A DNA stretch of 64,000 bases from a virus (IMGVR_UViG_3300025009_000051:32001-96000); one strand, 5' to 3'; positions 1-9,867 are shown, numbered from the stretch's first letter. Made by a program: numbers and translations. Notes: generated from the letters alone by a model not told the origin.

Positions 1-521
1 ATTACATTAAAATCTAATAGATTCTTTTGAAGTGTTAAAGCAGCTTTCACAATTTCGGTAAAAATTCCTTCACTGTGAGTCCACCATTTTAATTCTTTTT
101 CATTTTCTCTATCTACCATGATACAATTATATCTTGGAATTGCTTGTTCTTGAGCAGCATTTTGTTTTCCTCCTAAGATTTCGGTACCAAGAAAATACAT
201 TTTTTTGCCTTCTTCCGGTTGTGGGTTTGTTTTATTGAAAGTTAATTCGTTACCAGCTTTAATTTGTTGAACTGCAAAATCTACAATTGGATCTTGTTCG
301 TTAAAATTCTTTAAGCTTAGTTTCCCGCCCGGACAAACTGCATAGTGCATGTTTAATTTAAGAAATGGATCTTGAGGAGTGTCCTTTAAAGGAATAATTC
401 TAATTCGATTTAATCCGGGTTTAGGTGCCCATAATCTTGGATCCCTTTCAAATGATTTGCCTTCGTTTTTACTCTGAAGGTCTTCGAGTTTTTTTCGTAA
501 ATTGTCTAAATTTAATCCCAT
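1..521 (-). CDS. T4 gp32-like single-stranded DNA-binding protein (runs off the window start)
   Basis: Hand translation from ATG 521: MGLNLDNLRKKLEDLQ...LWAPKPGLNRIRIIPLKDTPQDPFLKLNMHY...FNEQDPIVDFA, resembling gp32-type SSBs; no stop before base 1; absent from ORF track because incomplete. Confidence 0.7.
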   Translation of the reverse strand, partial: MGLNLDNLRKKLEDLQSKNEGKSFERDPRLWAPKPGLNRIRIIPLKDTPQDPFLKLNMHYAVCPGGKLSLKNFNEQDPIVDFAVQQIKAGNELTFNKTNPQPEEGKKMYFLGTEILGGKQNAAQEQAIPRYNCIMVDRENEKELKWWTHSEGIFTEIVKAALTLQKNLLDFNV

Positions 522-598
522 GTTGTAAAAATTTAAATTTGGTTAATAAAAAATTGTTAAGATATTATAGTAAAAAAATTAATATAATCAAAAAATAT

Positions 599-931
599 TT
601 AATGTTTTTTTAAAAAGATTTTTTTCAATTGTTCTTCGTTAGTTAAAATCAATAAATTATTAGGAAACTCGTTCCAATCTATTACATAATTATTATTTAT
701 TTCGATTAATCGATTTAATGAATTTATTGTAAAGTATATATTATAAGGTGTCTTTCTTTGAATTACTATTGTCTTTGGTATTTTGATATCTATATAATTA
801 TAAATTAAAAATACTTCGTCTGAATTATCTTTGTTATAATAAGAATAAATATTATTTTCTGTATGTTTTTTAATTGTATTGTAAGAATCTATTCTTGTTT
901 CCTCGGTGGAGAAAGTGCATAACATCCTCAT
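599..931 (-). CDS. hypothetical protein
   Basis: 110-aa ORF between polA-like and SSB genes, preceded by TATATTTAT motif (945-953). Confidence 0.6.
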   Translation of the reverse strand: MRMLCTFSTEETRIDSYNTIKKHTENNIYSYYNKDNSDEVFLIYNYIDIKIPKTIVIQRKTPYNIYFTINSLNRLIEINNNYVIDWNEFPNNLLILTNEEQLKKIFLKKH

Positions 932-981
932 ATTCTTTTTTATAATAAATATAAGAAATATTTATTTTTTAAAAGAATTTT

Positions 982-2337
982 CTATTTCAATTCATTATAA
1001 TTTGTAGAACTTTGTTTAGTTTTTAAACTGAATACTTTATTAGATAAGATATTTTTTATTTCTTCAATATGCTGCATTTCATCTTTATGAATATCTAACA
1101 ATAAAGAATCATAAGTGTATAATAAAATATTTATTTTTTTGTTTTGAATAAATTCTAATAGATTGTCAATGAGCATTAAGGTCAATTCAAATTCAGACAA
1201 CTGTAAAGAATAATTTAAAAGCTTGCTTGCAGTAACTCCTTCTACATTTTGAATTTTCCTTCCTGTTAGCATTGAATTAATGAATCCATTAGATTGATAG
1301 GTATCAAAATCTTGAATAGTTAATTGCTTTACTTTTTTAAAATAAGGTATAGATAACAAAGTGTCAGGAATGCCTCCATACAAATAATTAAAATTTTTAC
1401 TTTTTGTTTGTTTATATTCTTCTTCATTTAATGTTTCTTTATTAAAATAATATCTACCTAAATATTCATGCATATTAATTCCATTTGGAATTTCATACCC
1501 GACCATTTTTGCTAATATTGCCAAGTGATATGCAGTATAATCAAATTCAATTAATAATCCATTTTCTTTATATTCACTAACAATCCATTTTCTTTTATTG
1601 CTGTTCTTATCTAATGCTGAAAAATTTATTCCTCCAAATTTATTAGAAGCCCTACCAGTAGAAGTATAAATATTATATTCAGAATAGATTTTTGTTTGTT
1701 GTTCATTTAAAATATGATTTTCTATTTTATCTGGAAATGCTGTTATTAATGCTTCTTTATCAAATGGTATTCCAAAAGATTCAATTTTAAATAAATTTAG
1801 AATAATAGAATTATTATAGTATTCGTAATCGGTATCAAATAGATGAGAATTTAATTTTTCTAACTGAATAAGACTTTTATTTATTATAGGAATTAATGAT
1901 TGATAATGAATAGATATAGGAATTATATCACATTTTATTTTTTTATATTTTGAATATTGATTATGATTGTGCTCTACTTCTATCTTTTCAAATTTATCTT
2001 CTTTCAAATAACTCAATAAATTAATATCAAAAATATTTTCAGTATTGCTTACATTTAATTTTAGAAATGATTTTTTGTCTAAAACAAATATATTTTTCTT
2101 TTCATCTATATCTAATTTATCAATTGTAAATTCAATATCATAATGACTGACATTTATGATATAATCAAACTCTAATTCATATGAACTATTTAATAATCCA
2201 ACATAATAGAATAAAATAGAATTTATTTGATAATGAATTTCAGAATAACGATATACAGGTAATATTAATATATTATCGAATTTAGATAACTTATCAATAT
2301 ACTCTTGATAATTTTTATGATTTAAGATTATTTGCAT
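982..2337 (-). CDS. compact, divergent family A DNA polymerase-like protein
   Basis: TSTGR region, motif A LIEFDYTAYHL, motif B KSKNFNYLYGG, motif C LLYTYDSLLLD; only 451 aa. Confidence 0.8.
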   Translation of the reverse strand: MQIILNHKNYQEYIDKLSKFDNILILPVYRYSEIHYQINSILFYYVGLLNSSYELEFDYIINVSHYDIEFTIDKLDIDEKKNIFVLDKKSFLKLNVSNTENIFDINLLSYLKEDKFEKIEVEHNHNQYSKYKKIKCDIIPISIHYQSLIPIINKSLIQLEKLNSHLFDTDYEYYNNSIILNLFKIESFGIPFDKEALITAFPDKIENHILNEQQTKIYSEYNIYTSTGRASNKFGGINFSALDKNSNKRKWIVSEYKENGLLIEFDYTAYHLAILAKMVGYEIPNGINMHEYLGRYYFNKETLNEEEYKQTKSKNFNYLYGGIPDTLLSIPYFKKVKQLTIQDFDTYQSNGFINSMLTGRKIQNVEGVTASKLLNYSLQLSEFELTLMLIDNLLEFIQNKKINILLYTYDSLLLDIHKDEMQHIEEIKNILSNKVFSLKTKQSSTNYNELK

Positions 2338-2392
2338 ACCAGAATTATAAATAAAAAAAAGAAAATAAAAAATTAATTCTTACTTTCTTTTA

Positions 2393-2423
2393 AAAAAACC
2401 TACACATATGTAATATATAATTA
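2393..2423 (-). repeat. 31-bp intergenic element, copy 1
   Basis: AAAAAACCTACACATATGTAATATATAATTA is the exact reverse complement of 54240-54270. Confidence 0.9.
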
Positions 2424-2432
2424 TTATTTTTT

Positions 2433-4811
2433 TTATTTTGGATATACGTTCATTTCATCTATCTTATAAGCAACCCATTTTCCCATTGCTTTACCGTCCA
2501 TTTGAACTGTTCCACCTTCTTCTAATAAAGTAATTAATTTATCTAATCTAGATAATAATGCATCTTCCTCTTTACTCTTACCTTTTTCTTTATTGCCACC
2601 AATTGTCCCTGATGTTAAACTTGTAATTGCACCTAATATTGGAATCAATGGAGCCATAACTGCTAATCCAGCTGCTAATCCTATTAAACCAACTCCCATA
2701 CTTGCAAATCCTGCTCCTATTAAAAATAATTGAGGAGTAATAGAAGCTAATTCAGAAACCATCGGAACAATTGCACCTAAATTATCTTTCATAGAACCCA
2801 TTGCTTCTGATATTGATGATAACCCCGCTCCTAATACCATTAGAGCTCCGCCAAGTGCAATAAATCCTATTACACCCGCTCCAAATATTATTGCTCCTGG
2901 TCCGGCTATTAATGCTCCTAAACCAAATACCATTCCAGTAAATATTACTAAAGCTGCTCCAGCAGTTAATAATGCTTCTCCGTTTATATTTTTTGTAAAC
3001 ATTGATAATCCAAATCCTAAAGGAATTAATGCTGCAGATAATATAGCCATTCCAATTGCACCTTGAATTAATCCTTTTGTATCTTTTCCTATTAATCTCA
3101 TAATTCCTACCATAGCTGCTAACGAACCCATTCCAATTATAGCTGATTGCCATTCTACTTTATTGAACATCATTAATCCAAGAGCTAATAATGGTAATGT
3201 AGCGACTAATACTCCAGTAGCCAATGCAAAATTAACCAATGCTCCTTTATCCATAAATTTCCAACTATTTATCCAATTTACTATTGGATTTCCCATTGCC
3301 ATTCCTTTTACTTTTCCGGCTGCTCCCATTCCTTTACTAATTGCTCCACCTGGTGCAGATGCCGCTAAATTTCTTGAAGATACTCCTGGACCTAACGCTC
3401 CCCCAATTCCTCCGGCTGCTCCGGTTGCTGCTCCTGATATATCTGTTGCTTTTTGTATTGTTTTAATTCTTAATAATTGTTTAATCATTCCCCATAAACC
3501 ACCTACAACAGATTTAATTCCTTTTGCCATTGCACTGAATACATTCAATTGTTTCATATTTACTAACATCAATAGAGTAGAACCAATTGTATCTTTATAT
3601 TCCCACGCCGATTTTCCTATTCCTTTAATAGCTAACCAATTTCTTCCTAACCAACTGTGATGAATAGATTGTTGATTATTTAATTCTTCTTGATTTTTAA
3701 GCATGGTAGAAAATTCATCTAAATCCATTCCGAACATTTCTGCCATTTTCTTTCTTGCTATTATATTTTGATTTTGGAATTCCTCATAAGAACCCATTTG
3801 ATTTAATACTTCTTTTAACATGCCTGCTTCATCTTCCATGAACATTAATTCTCTGGCCTTTCCTAAATTAATATTTTTACCTGTTAATACAGATAATTCT
3901 TGTTCATTTGCCATTGAAGTTTCTACATCTAATAATGATTCCGACATGCTTTTTAACGAAGCCATTTCTATTCCTAATTTATTTGCACTTACAGCTGCAC
4001 TAATTAAATTTTTTGTTGATTCTTTTGTTCTACCCGCAAACATGCTTGAATTTTCTGCTATTTGGCTCATTACTTTTCCTGGAGCGACTCCATTTGCAAT
4101 AGCTAAACTCTCAGCAAATTTTATAGTGTTTAATTCTGTCTTATGTGATAATTCAACTAATTCTGCTCCTGATTCAGCACTGACATTATACCAAGAACTT
4201 AATCTTCCAACTTCTTTAATATTTTCTTTTGTTGCTAATCTTAAAGTATTTGCTTCGCTTACCAAAGCAGCTGCGGCCTCTCTTGATTCTGATAATGATA
4301 CTCCCAAAGCAATTCCTTCTAATGAAGCACCCCCTAAATTTCCAGCTAATGTGAAAGCTTGTTCCCCAGATAAACCTAATTCTTTACTTGCTCCTGCCCA
4401 TTCTTTAACAAATTCTCCAACATGATGACTTAATGAAGTAAGTAATAATGCACTCGAAACTCTCCAATCAGATAATAATGCTTTAATATTTATGTGTACA
4501 GCTCTTAATTTATCTGACCATTCATTAAATATATTATTTTTCTTTAATTCTGCTACTTTGTCATTTATTTCTCCTTGTAGTGTTAATTGTTTTTTTAATT
4601 GAGAGGTAAAAGATTCTAAATCATTTAATTCTGATCCTGTGGCTTTTCCTTTTTCTTTTTGTATTTTTGACAGTTGTCTTGCAATATCTTCTTGAATTCC
4701 CATTTGTTTGGTCAATTCTTCGTTATCACTTAAATATTCGGCTAACTGAGAAGATAAAGAACTAAATTCTTCAAAATAATCATATTTTTGACCTGGAGTT
4801 GGACCTGCCAT
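2433..4811 (-). CDS. tail tape-measure protein
   Basis: 792 aa, helical Ala/Gly/Leu-rich, coiled N-terminus, hydrophobic repeats in the C-terminal half, typical ...VQMDGKAMG ending. Confidence 0.75.
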   Translation of the reverse strand: MAGPTPGQKYDYFEEFSSLSSQLAEYLSDNEELTKQMGIQEDIARQLSKIQKEKGKATGSELNDLESFTSQLKKQLTLQGEINDKVAELKKNNIFNEWSDKLRAVHINIKALLSDWRVSSALLLTSLSHHVGEFVKEWAGASKELGLSGEQAFTLAGNLGGASLEGIALGVSLSESREAAAALVSEANTLRLATKENIKEVGRLSSWYNVSAESGAELVELSHKTELNTIKFAESLAIANGVAPGKVMSQIAENSSMFAGRTKESTKNLISAAVSANKLGIEMASLKSMSESLLDVETSMANEQELSVLTGKNINLGKARELMFMEDEAGMLKEVLNQMGSYEEFQNQNIIARKKMAEMFGMDLDEFSTMLKNQEELNNQQSIHHSWLGRNWLAIKGIGKSAWEYKDTIGSTLLMLVNMKQLNVFSAMAKGIKSVVGGLWGMIKQLLRIKTIQKATDISGAATGAAGGIGGALGPGVSSRNLAASAPGGAISKGMGAAGKVKGMAMGNPIVNWINSWKFMDKGALVNFALATGVLVATLPLLALGLMMFNKVEWQSAIIGMGSLAAMVGIMRLIGKDTKGLIQGAIGMAILSAALIPLGFGLSMFTKNINGEALLTAGAALVIFTGMVFGLGALIAGPGAIIFGAGVIGFIALGGALMVLGAGLSSISEAMGSMKDNLGAIVPMVSELASITPQLFLIGAGFASMGVGLIGLAAGLAVMAPLIPILGAITSLTSGTIGGNKEKGKSKEEDALLSRLDKLITLLEEGGTVQMDGKAMGKWVAYKIDEMNVYPK

Positions 4812-4813
4812 AA

Positions 4814-5107
4814 TTAATCTTTATGTAATTTACCGGTTTTCAAAAAGTTTTTATAAAAATCCATTGCATCATTACTTGACATATCTTTAGTATCTTCTCT
4901 TGCTTTAGCTAATCGTTTTTTAAATTCTTTAGATGATTCATCGAAATCAGGATTCTTTTTTTTCATTTGTTTTAATGCTTCTTTCTCTCTTGCTTTCTTT
5001 CCTATATCGTCTAGATAATTCATTAAGCTATCAAAAATACCTTCATTTATTTTTTTATTTGATTGTATCTCTTCAGTGACTAATTTAGATATGATGGTTT
5101 GTTTCAT
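4814..5107 (-). CDS. hypothetical virion-associated protein upstream of tape measure
   Basis: 97 aa, N-terminus MKQTIISKLVTEEIQSNKKINE resembles the leader family; TATATTTAT at 5123-5131. Confidence 0.65.
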   Translation of the reverse strand: MKQTIISKLVTEEIQSNKKINEGIFDSLMNYLDDIGKKAREKEALKQMKKKNPDFDESSKEFKKRLAKAREDTKDMSSNDAMDFYKNFLKTGKLHKD

Positions 5108-5160
5108 GTATTTTCTTTATAAATAAATATAAAAAAATTTTTTTATTAAAAAATAATTGT

Positions 5161-5168
5161 TACATTTG
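5161..5168 (+). promoter_or_regulatory. Bacteroidota-type -7 promoter element (TACATTTG)
   Basis: Matches TAnnTTTG at the start of the + strand accessory block; -33 element degenerate (TTTT). Confidence 0.5.
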
Positions 5169-5211
5169 TGTTGTGAAACTTAAATATTATGAAAACTAAA
5201 GAAAAAAGATT

Positions 5212-5346
5212 ATGACACCAAATATAGGAGGATGGTATAAACGCAAATGGAAATCATATATACCAACAGATGAAGAAGCAAAATGGGGAATAGAAACATG
5301 GATAGCATTAGTAATTCTGATAGTTGCAATATTACTAACTTTATAA
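5212..5346 (+). CDS. small membrane protein (44 aa)
   Basis: MTPNIGGWYKRKWKSYIPTDEEAKWGIETWIALVILIVAILLTL, C-terminal hydrophobic helix; hand translated. Confidence 0.55.
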   Translation: MTPNIGGWYKRKWKSYIPTDEEAKWGIETWIALVILIVAILLTL

Positions 5347-5406
5347 CTTTTGGGTATAAGCGTATGTTTACACAAAAATTAATCAACAAACTAAAATTTA
5401 AAATAT

Positions 5407-5553
5407 ATGAAAAGTTTAATTGAAAAACTAAAAGCATTACGCTTATACTTTGTTATGAAACGTTCAAAGATTTCTCCATGTGTAAATGATGCTATGTTTG
5501 AAAATAATAGAAGATATTTGGAATTATATAACGATGTTATGAATGTTTCATAA
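5407..5553 (+). CDS. small hypothetical protein (48 aa)
   Basis: MKSLIEKLKALRLYFVMKRSKISPCV...; A-rich start, fits the operon; hand translated. Confidence 0.5.
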   Translation: MKSLIEKLKALRLYFVMKRSKISPCVNDAMFENNRRYLELYNDVMNVS

Positions 5554-5574
5554 CAATAAATTAAAAATAAACAT

Positions 5575-5772
5575 ATGAAAAAATTTAGAATAATATCATC
5601 TACTCCGGGCGAAAAGTAGACAGCATATAAAGCACAGGTTAGGTGTAAATTTATTTTTTGGACCTTTTGGGTAGATGTTTCTGATATTTGGAGATCATCC
5701 ATTTCTACTTGTGAAAACGATATAAAATTTTACAAAGGTGAGATTAGTAATGTAGTTAAAGAAATATCTTAA
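5575..5772 (+). pseudogene. small gene interrupted by in-frame TAG
   Basis: MKKFRIISSTPGEK*TAYKAQVRCKFIFWTFWVDVSDIWRSS...KEIS*; TAG at 5617-5619, frame stays open to TAA 5770-5772. Confidence 0.5.
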
Positions 5773-5812
5773 AAATAATCGTAAAAATATTTTTTATTTC
5801 AAAATATTGTTT

Positions 5813-5820
5813 TAACTTTG
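5813..5820 (+). promoter_or_regulatory. Bacteroidota-type -7 promoter element (TAACTTTG)
   Basis: TAnnTTTG ending 24 nt before ATG 5845. Confidence 0.5.
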
Positions 5821-5844
5821 TAATAAGAAACTAAAACGAATTTT

Positions 5845-6087
5845 ATGATAAACGAAGTATTTTATCCAGAAATGAATCAAACTAATTTATTAGATTCAGA
5901 TTTAATCGTAGAAAGATTATATAAACAATATAAAGTCAAATGTAAAGAAGGAATTGAATTAGTTGAAAATAAATCAATTAAATTTCAATATAAGAAAGAT
6001 AATAGAAATGTTTATTATGTTTCTGAAAGTGGATTAAAAAAACTTGAGAAAAAATATAACATTTCTTATTCCGCTTTATTAGATTAA
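5845..6087 (+). CDS. hypothetical protein
   Basis: 80-aa ORF in operon, ATG start. Confidence 0.6.
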   Translation: MINEVFYPEMNQTNLLDSDLIVERLYKQYKVKCKEGIELVENKSIKFQYKKDNRNVYYVSESGLKKLEKKYNISYSALLD

Positions 6088-6092
6088 GTTAA

Positions 6093-6611
6093 ATGAAAAA
6101 TGATATGAAAATGAATATAACAGAAAAAAATCAATCTACTACACCGCAAGATACTCCCCAAATTTATTTGGCTGTATTAAATATAACATCATATGTGGGT
6201 CAATGTGGAGATGCCGAACACGTCTACGGACATTTAATTTTATCCAATCATGCTGAGGTTACTGTAGATAATGTCGAGGAATGGAATGTGAAATATTTGG
6301 GTGAAACCATCGAAATAACAAGGCCACTTACTTTAGAAATAGCAAAAGCATTAGATAAAAAGGACGGTCATAAAACACACCAAAGACATTTCAGGATGAT
6401 GCAAGACAAGGATAAATTTATCGAAGAATACCCCGAAATTCAGGTAACAATCCGTTTTGATACGTTTGAAGAAGTTGTTAATGCGGGAATTGAAAAGTGG
6501 AAAGAATTGAATATAGAATGTCCGTTCATAAGTCTTTATGAAGGTAAAAAATATAAGGCAAATAGTTATGAACCAACAAGCACGGTTATTCTTCAATATG
6601 AAAAGTTATAA
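6093..6611 (+). CDS. hypothetical protein
   Basis: 172-aa ORF, tightly packed. Confidence 0.7.
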   Translation: MKNDMKMNITEKNQSTTPQDTPQIYLAVLNITSYVGQCGDAEHVYGHLILSNHAEVTVDNVEEWNVKYLGETIEITRPLTLEIAKALDKKDGHKTHQRHFRMMQDKDKFIEEYPEIQVTIRFDTFEEVVNAGIEKWKELNIECPFISLYEGKKYKANSYEPTSTVILQYEKL

Positions 6612-6652
6612 ATGAAAATTAATTAACCAATAAATAAAAATAAATTTAAACA

Positions 6653-8797
6653 ATGAAAGAATTCACAAGGTTAATTCAAGCACAGTTTGATAAAATGTGT
6701 GCTACAGGAAAACTGTTCAGAAGCTCATTAAGTGGGCAAGAAGTTTGGGATTTATATATTAAAGGATTTTTACCTAAGTATAATCCAATATTTAGAGACC
6801 CAGACAGTTCTACGCATAATTGCAATCTTTGCAAAAACTTTATACGAAGATATGGTAATATTGTAGCAATAGATGAAAAATATGATATTGTTACTATGTT
6901 TGATATTTATCCTCCGGAAGAATTTGAAATGGTTGTAAAAAGTTTGTCAACTGCTATTAAGAAAGCTAAAATAAGTGAAGTATTTTTTGAAACATTTGAT
7001 GAATTGAATTCTCTTCCTTATGAACGATGCACTAAAAGCAACGAAAAATTCAAATTGGGAGTAGATGTGAATTACAAACAATACACAAAAGAAGAAGCCG
7101 AAAAATTTGGTGTCACATTCATTAAGCCAGAAGAAATAAGAACATTTGATCATTTACATTTATATTTACCAAAACAATATGTAGATATGAGTGGAAAATC
7201 AATTGAATCCATTATGGCTGAATATCGAGATGCTAAAGAAGTATTTAAAAGAGCAATGGATGAAATTCCGGTAGATACTTTGAATCTTGTAGTTGATTTA
7301 ATTAATCAAGGAAGTTTGTTAAATGGTCAAACACATTTATATAAGATACAACAAATCTTACCATTGAAGAAAAATTACGATGAACTTGCAAAATCAAAAA
7401 CAGATACTTGGTGCTGGGTTAATTCATATAAACTTCCTTTCGCAAAATTTAAAAACGAATTGATAGGAGTATTATGTACTGAGTTAGCTGAAGGGAAAGA
7501 ATTAAACGACGCCTGCCAAGCATGGAATAAAAGAGTTGATCCTGCAAATTATATGAAGGCTACTGCTCCAATCACTAAAAATCAAATTGAAGAAGCAAGA
7601 AAATTTGTAGAAGAAAATGGTTATACCGAATCATTTGATAGAAGATTTGCATCTATAGATGATATTAAAGCTTCTGAAATTAAGCATATTAATGTTGGGG
7701 ATGGAAGAATGAAATCAGTTTCTATTTTTGATAATGTTAAATCAACTTCTACAAGACATAAAAGAAGTGAATTCGATGGAGTTGAAGAAGTATCGATAGA
7801 AAAATTTATGCAAGACATTTTACCTGGTTGTACTTCGGTAGAAGCGTTTTTAGCAAATAAATTTGGTGAAAATATGGTTTCACTCACTACTTCAAACAAT
7901 AAAGAAGGCAAACCCATTTTTAAATGGTCTAATAATTACAGTTGGACATTCAATGGAAATTTGGCAGGTAAAAGTATGATTAAAGAAGCTGTCCAAACCA
8001 AGGGTGGAAAAGTAGATGGAGTTTTGAGATTTTCAATAATGTGGGCAGAAGGTGAAACAAACGATAATTCAGATTTAGATGCTTGGGCGGCAGAACCAAA
8101 TGGAACAGCAATTGGATATTCGTCGGGATATAGAAAAGATCGAGGAAACACCAGAACTTCGATGTCAGGACAATTAGATGTTGATATCACAAATCCAGAT
8201 AGCTATTATCATAAAAACATTGTTGAAAATATAGCTTGGACAGATTTAAGTAAAATGAAAAATGGAAGTTATAGATTTTGGGTTAATCAATTTTCTGCAA
8301 GAAATTCTAAAGGATTTAAAGCCGAAATAGAATTTAATGGAGAAATTTATTCTTATGTTTACGACACGCCAGTTTCAGGGAATGTCAATGTTGCAGAAGT
8401 TACTTTGAATAATGGTGAATTTACAATTAAACACATTTTACCAGAAAGTGAAACTTCATCAAAAGAAATTTATGGATTACAAACAAATGAATTTCACAAA
8501 GTCAATTTAGTATGTTTAAGTCCGAATCATTGGGATGATAATAAAGTTGGAAACAAACATTATTTCTTTATGTTAGAGGGTTGTAAATGTCAGACAAGCA
8601 TTAGAAGTTTTCACAATGAAAATTTAATACCAGACTTATTATTGCACAGAAAAGTATTGGAAGTATTAGGTGCAACGAATATGATTAATCCTACAGAAAA
8701 ACAATTATCAGGATTAGGATTTAATGCTACAGTTCGAGACGAAGTCATTTTAAGATTACAAGGTACATTTAAAAGAGTAATAAAAGTAAAATTTTAA
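6653..8797 (+). CDS. large conserved phage protein with N-terminal CxxC and C-terminal YfaP/DUF2135-like beta domain
   Basis: HNCNLCKNF motif; LRFSIMW...SDLDAWAAEPNG...GQLDVD...VENIAW. Confidence 0.6.
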   Translation: MKEFTRLIQAQFDKMCATGKLFRSSLSGQEVWDLYIKGFLPKYNPIFRDPDSSTHNCNLCKNFIRRYGNIVAIDEKYDIVTMFDIYPPEEFEMVVKSLSTAIKKAKISEVFFETFDELNSLPYERCTKSNEKFKLGVDVNYKQYTKEEAEKFGVTFIKPEEIRTFDHLHLYLPKQYVDMSGKSIESIMAEYRDAKEVFKRAMDEIPVDTLNLVVDLINQGSLLNGQTHLYKIQQILPLKKNYDELAKSKTDTWCWVNSYKLPFAKFKNELIGVLCTELAEGKELNDACQAWNKRVDPANYMKATAPITKNQIEEARKFVEENGYTESFDRRFASIDDIKASEIKHINVGDGRMKSVSIFDNVKSTSTRHKRSEFDGVEEVSIEKFMQDILPGCTSVEAFLANKFGENMVSLTTSNNKEGKPIFKWSNNYSWTFNGNLAGKSMIKEAVQTKGGKVDGVLRFSIMWAEGETNDNSDLDAWAAEPNGTAIGYSSGYRKDRGNTRTSMSGQLDVDITNPDSYYHKNIVENIAWTDLSKMKNGSYRFWVNQFSARNSKGFKAEIEFNGEIYSYVYDTPVSGNVNVAEVTLNNGEFTIKHILPESETSSKEIYGLQTNEFHKVNLVCLSPNHWDDNKVGNKHYFFMLEGCKCQTSIRSFHNENLIPDLLLHRKVLEVLGATNMINPTEKQLSGLGFNATVRDEVILRLQGTFKRVIKVKF

Positions 8798-8828
8798 AAA
8801 AAATATAAACAATTTAAATCAAAAAGTC

Positions 8829-9203
8829 ATGTATAAACAAGCAAGTCAATTAAAATTAAGAGTGCAAACTCGAGTAGGCGGATTATCCGTAGAACAATTG
8901 TGGGATTTAAATCAATCTGATTTATCCAATGCCATTAAAGCTGTTAAGAAAGTATTAAAGAAAACTGATGACGATGAATTATCATTTTTGGAAGATACGA
9001 AAGTAGTAGATGTTGAAAACCAACTTAGGTTTGATATTTTGAAAGATATTTATCTTACCAAGAAGAAAGAAGCTGACGAACTCAGAACTGCCGCAGAAGT
9101 TAAAGAACACAATCAAAAGATTTATGCAAGAATGGCAGCAAACAACGAAAAACAATTGGATAATTTATCTAATGAAGAACTTCAAAAGTTGATTAAGCAA
9201 TAA
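8829..9203 (+). CDS. conserved phage coiled-coil protein
   Basis: MYKQASQLKLR...GGLSVEQLWDL motif; recalled as the usual neighbour of the preceding 714-aa family. Confidence 0.65.
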   Translation: MYKQASQLKLRVQTRVGGLSVEQLWDLNQSDLSNAIKAVKKVLKKTDDDELSFLEDTKVVDVENQLRFDILKDIYLTKKKEADELRTAAEVKEHNQKIYARMAANNEKQLDNLSNEELQKLIKQ

Positions 9204-9268
9204 ACTTTGTTATTTTGAGGAGTGTGATATTAATTGCACTCTTCAAATTTTTATTTAAATTATTTGAA

Positions 9269-9484
9269 ATGATTAAGAAATTAAATATCAATCTAAATGA
9301 TTATGAATACAAATGTGGTGATGGATGTTGCGATAATTATGGCACAATAACCACAATAGATGGAATTGAATTATCGTGCCATAATCAAGATCCAGGAACA
9401 ATAGTAAAACAAATTTTAGAGCATCTTGGATATGAAGTAAAAGTTACTCTAAGCTATAATGGAGAATTAATTGCAGAATGTTAA
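9269..9484 (+). CDS. hypothetical protein (CGDGCCD motif)
   Basis: ORF track 9215-9484; ATG 9269 is the likelier start. Confidence 0.6.
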   Translation: MIKKLNINLNDYEYKCGDGCCDNYGTITTIDGIELSCHNQDPGTIVKQILEHLGYEVKVTLSYNGELIAEC

Positions 9485-9507
9485 AATAAAAAAAAATCAT
9501 AAATAAA

Positions 9508-9867
9508 ATGGCAAAATTAAGAAGAACAAGAGATGGAGAAGGTGAAGAAGGTTCTATGACAGAAGCAATTGCTTGGAATGAAGACGGAACATTTAAAGAA
9601 ATAGTAGGTGAATCACCTGTAGTGGGTTGTTCTATGAGAGTAGGAAGTCCATTTGCAAGATCTTATTCAACCAGAGATTGGTGGATGACCACAGTAATTA
9701 CAGAAATATTGGAAACAATAAAAAATGAAGAAACTCATTATGTTAGGTTTAAAACTCAAAATTCAGAATATGAATGGTGGATTGGAAAATATCCAAAAGA
9801 AAAATTAAAAAGAAACATTTCTTTTGAAAATATAAAAGATACATCTTTTTTCAACTCAGACAAATAA
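9508..9867 (+). CDS. hypothetical protein
   Basis: 119-aa ORF, A-rich start. Confidence 0.65.
   Translation: MAKLRRTRDGEGEEGSMTEAIAWNEDGTFKEIVGESPVVGCSMRVGSPFARSYSTRDWWMTTVITEILETIKNEETHYVRFKTQNSEYEWWIGKYPKEKLKRNISFENIKDTSFFNSDK

Noticed and set aside
2782-4425. Long alternative-frame and antisense ORFs over the tape measure gene (2782-3153, 3163-3660, 3820-4425)
   Set aside because: Shadows of a Gly/Ala-rich gene with biased codons; no independent start context or motifs. The same applies to the other track ORFs nested in longer genes (e.g. 7621, 7936, 25199, 38955, 39444, 53605)
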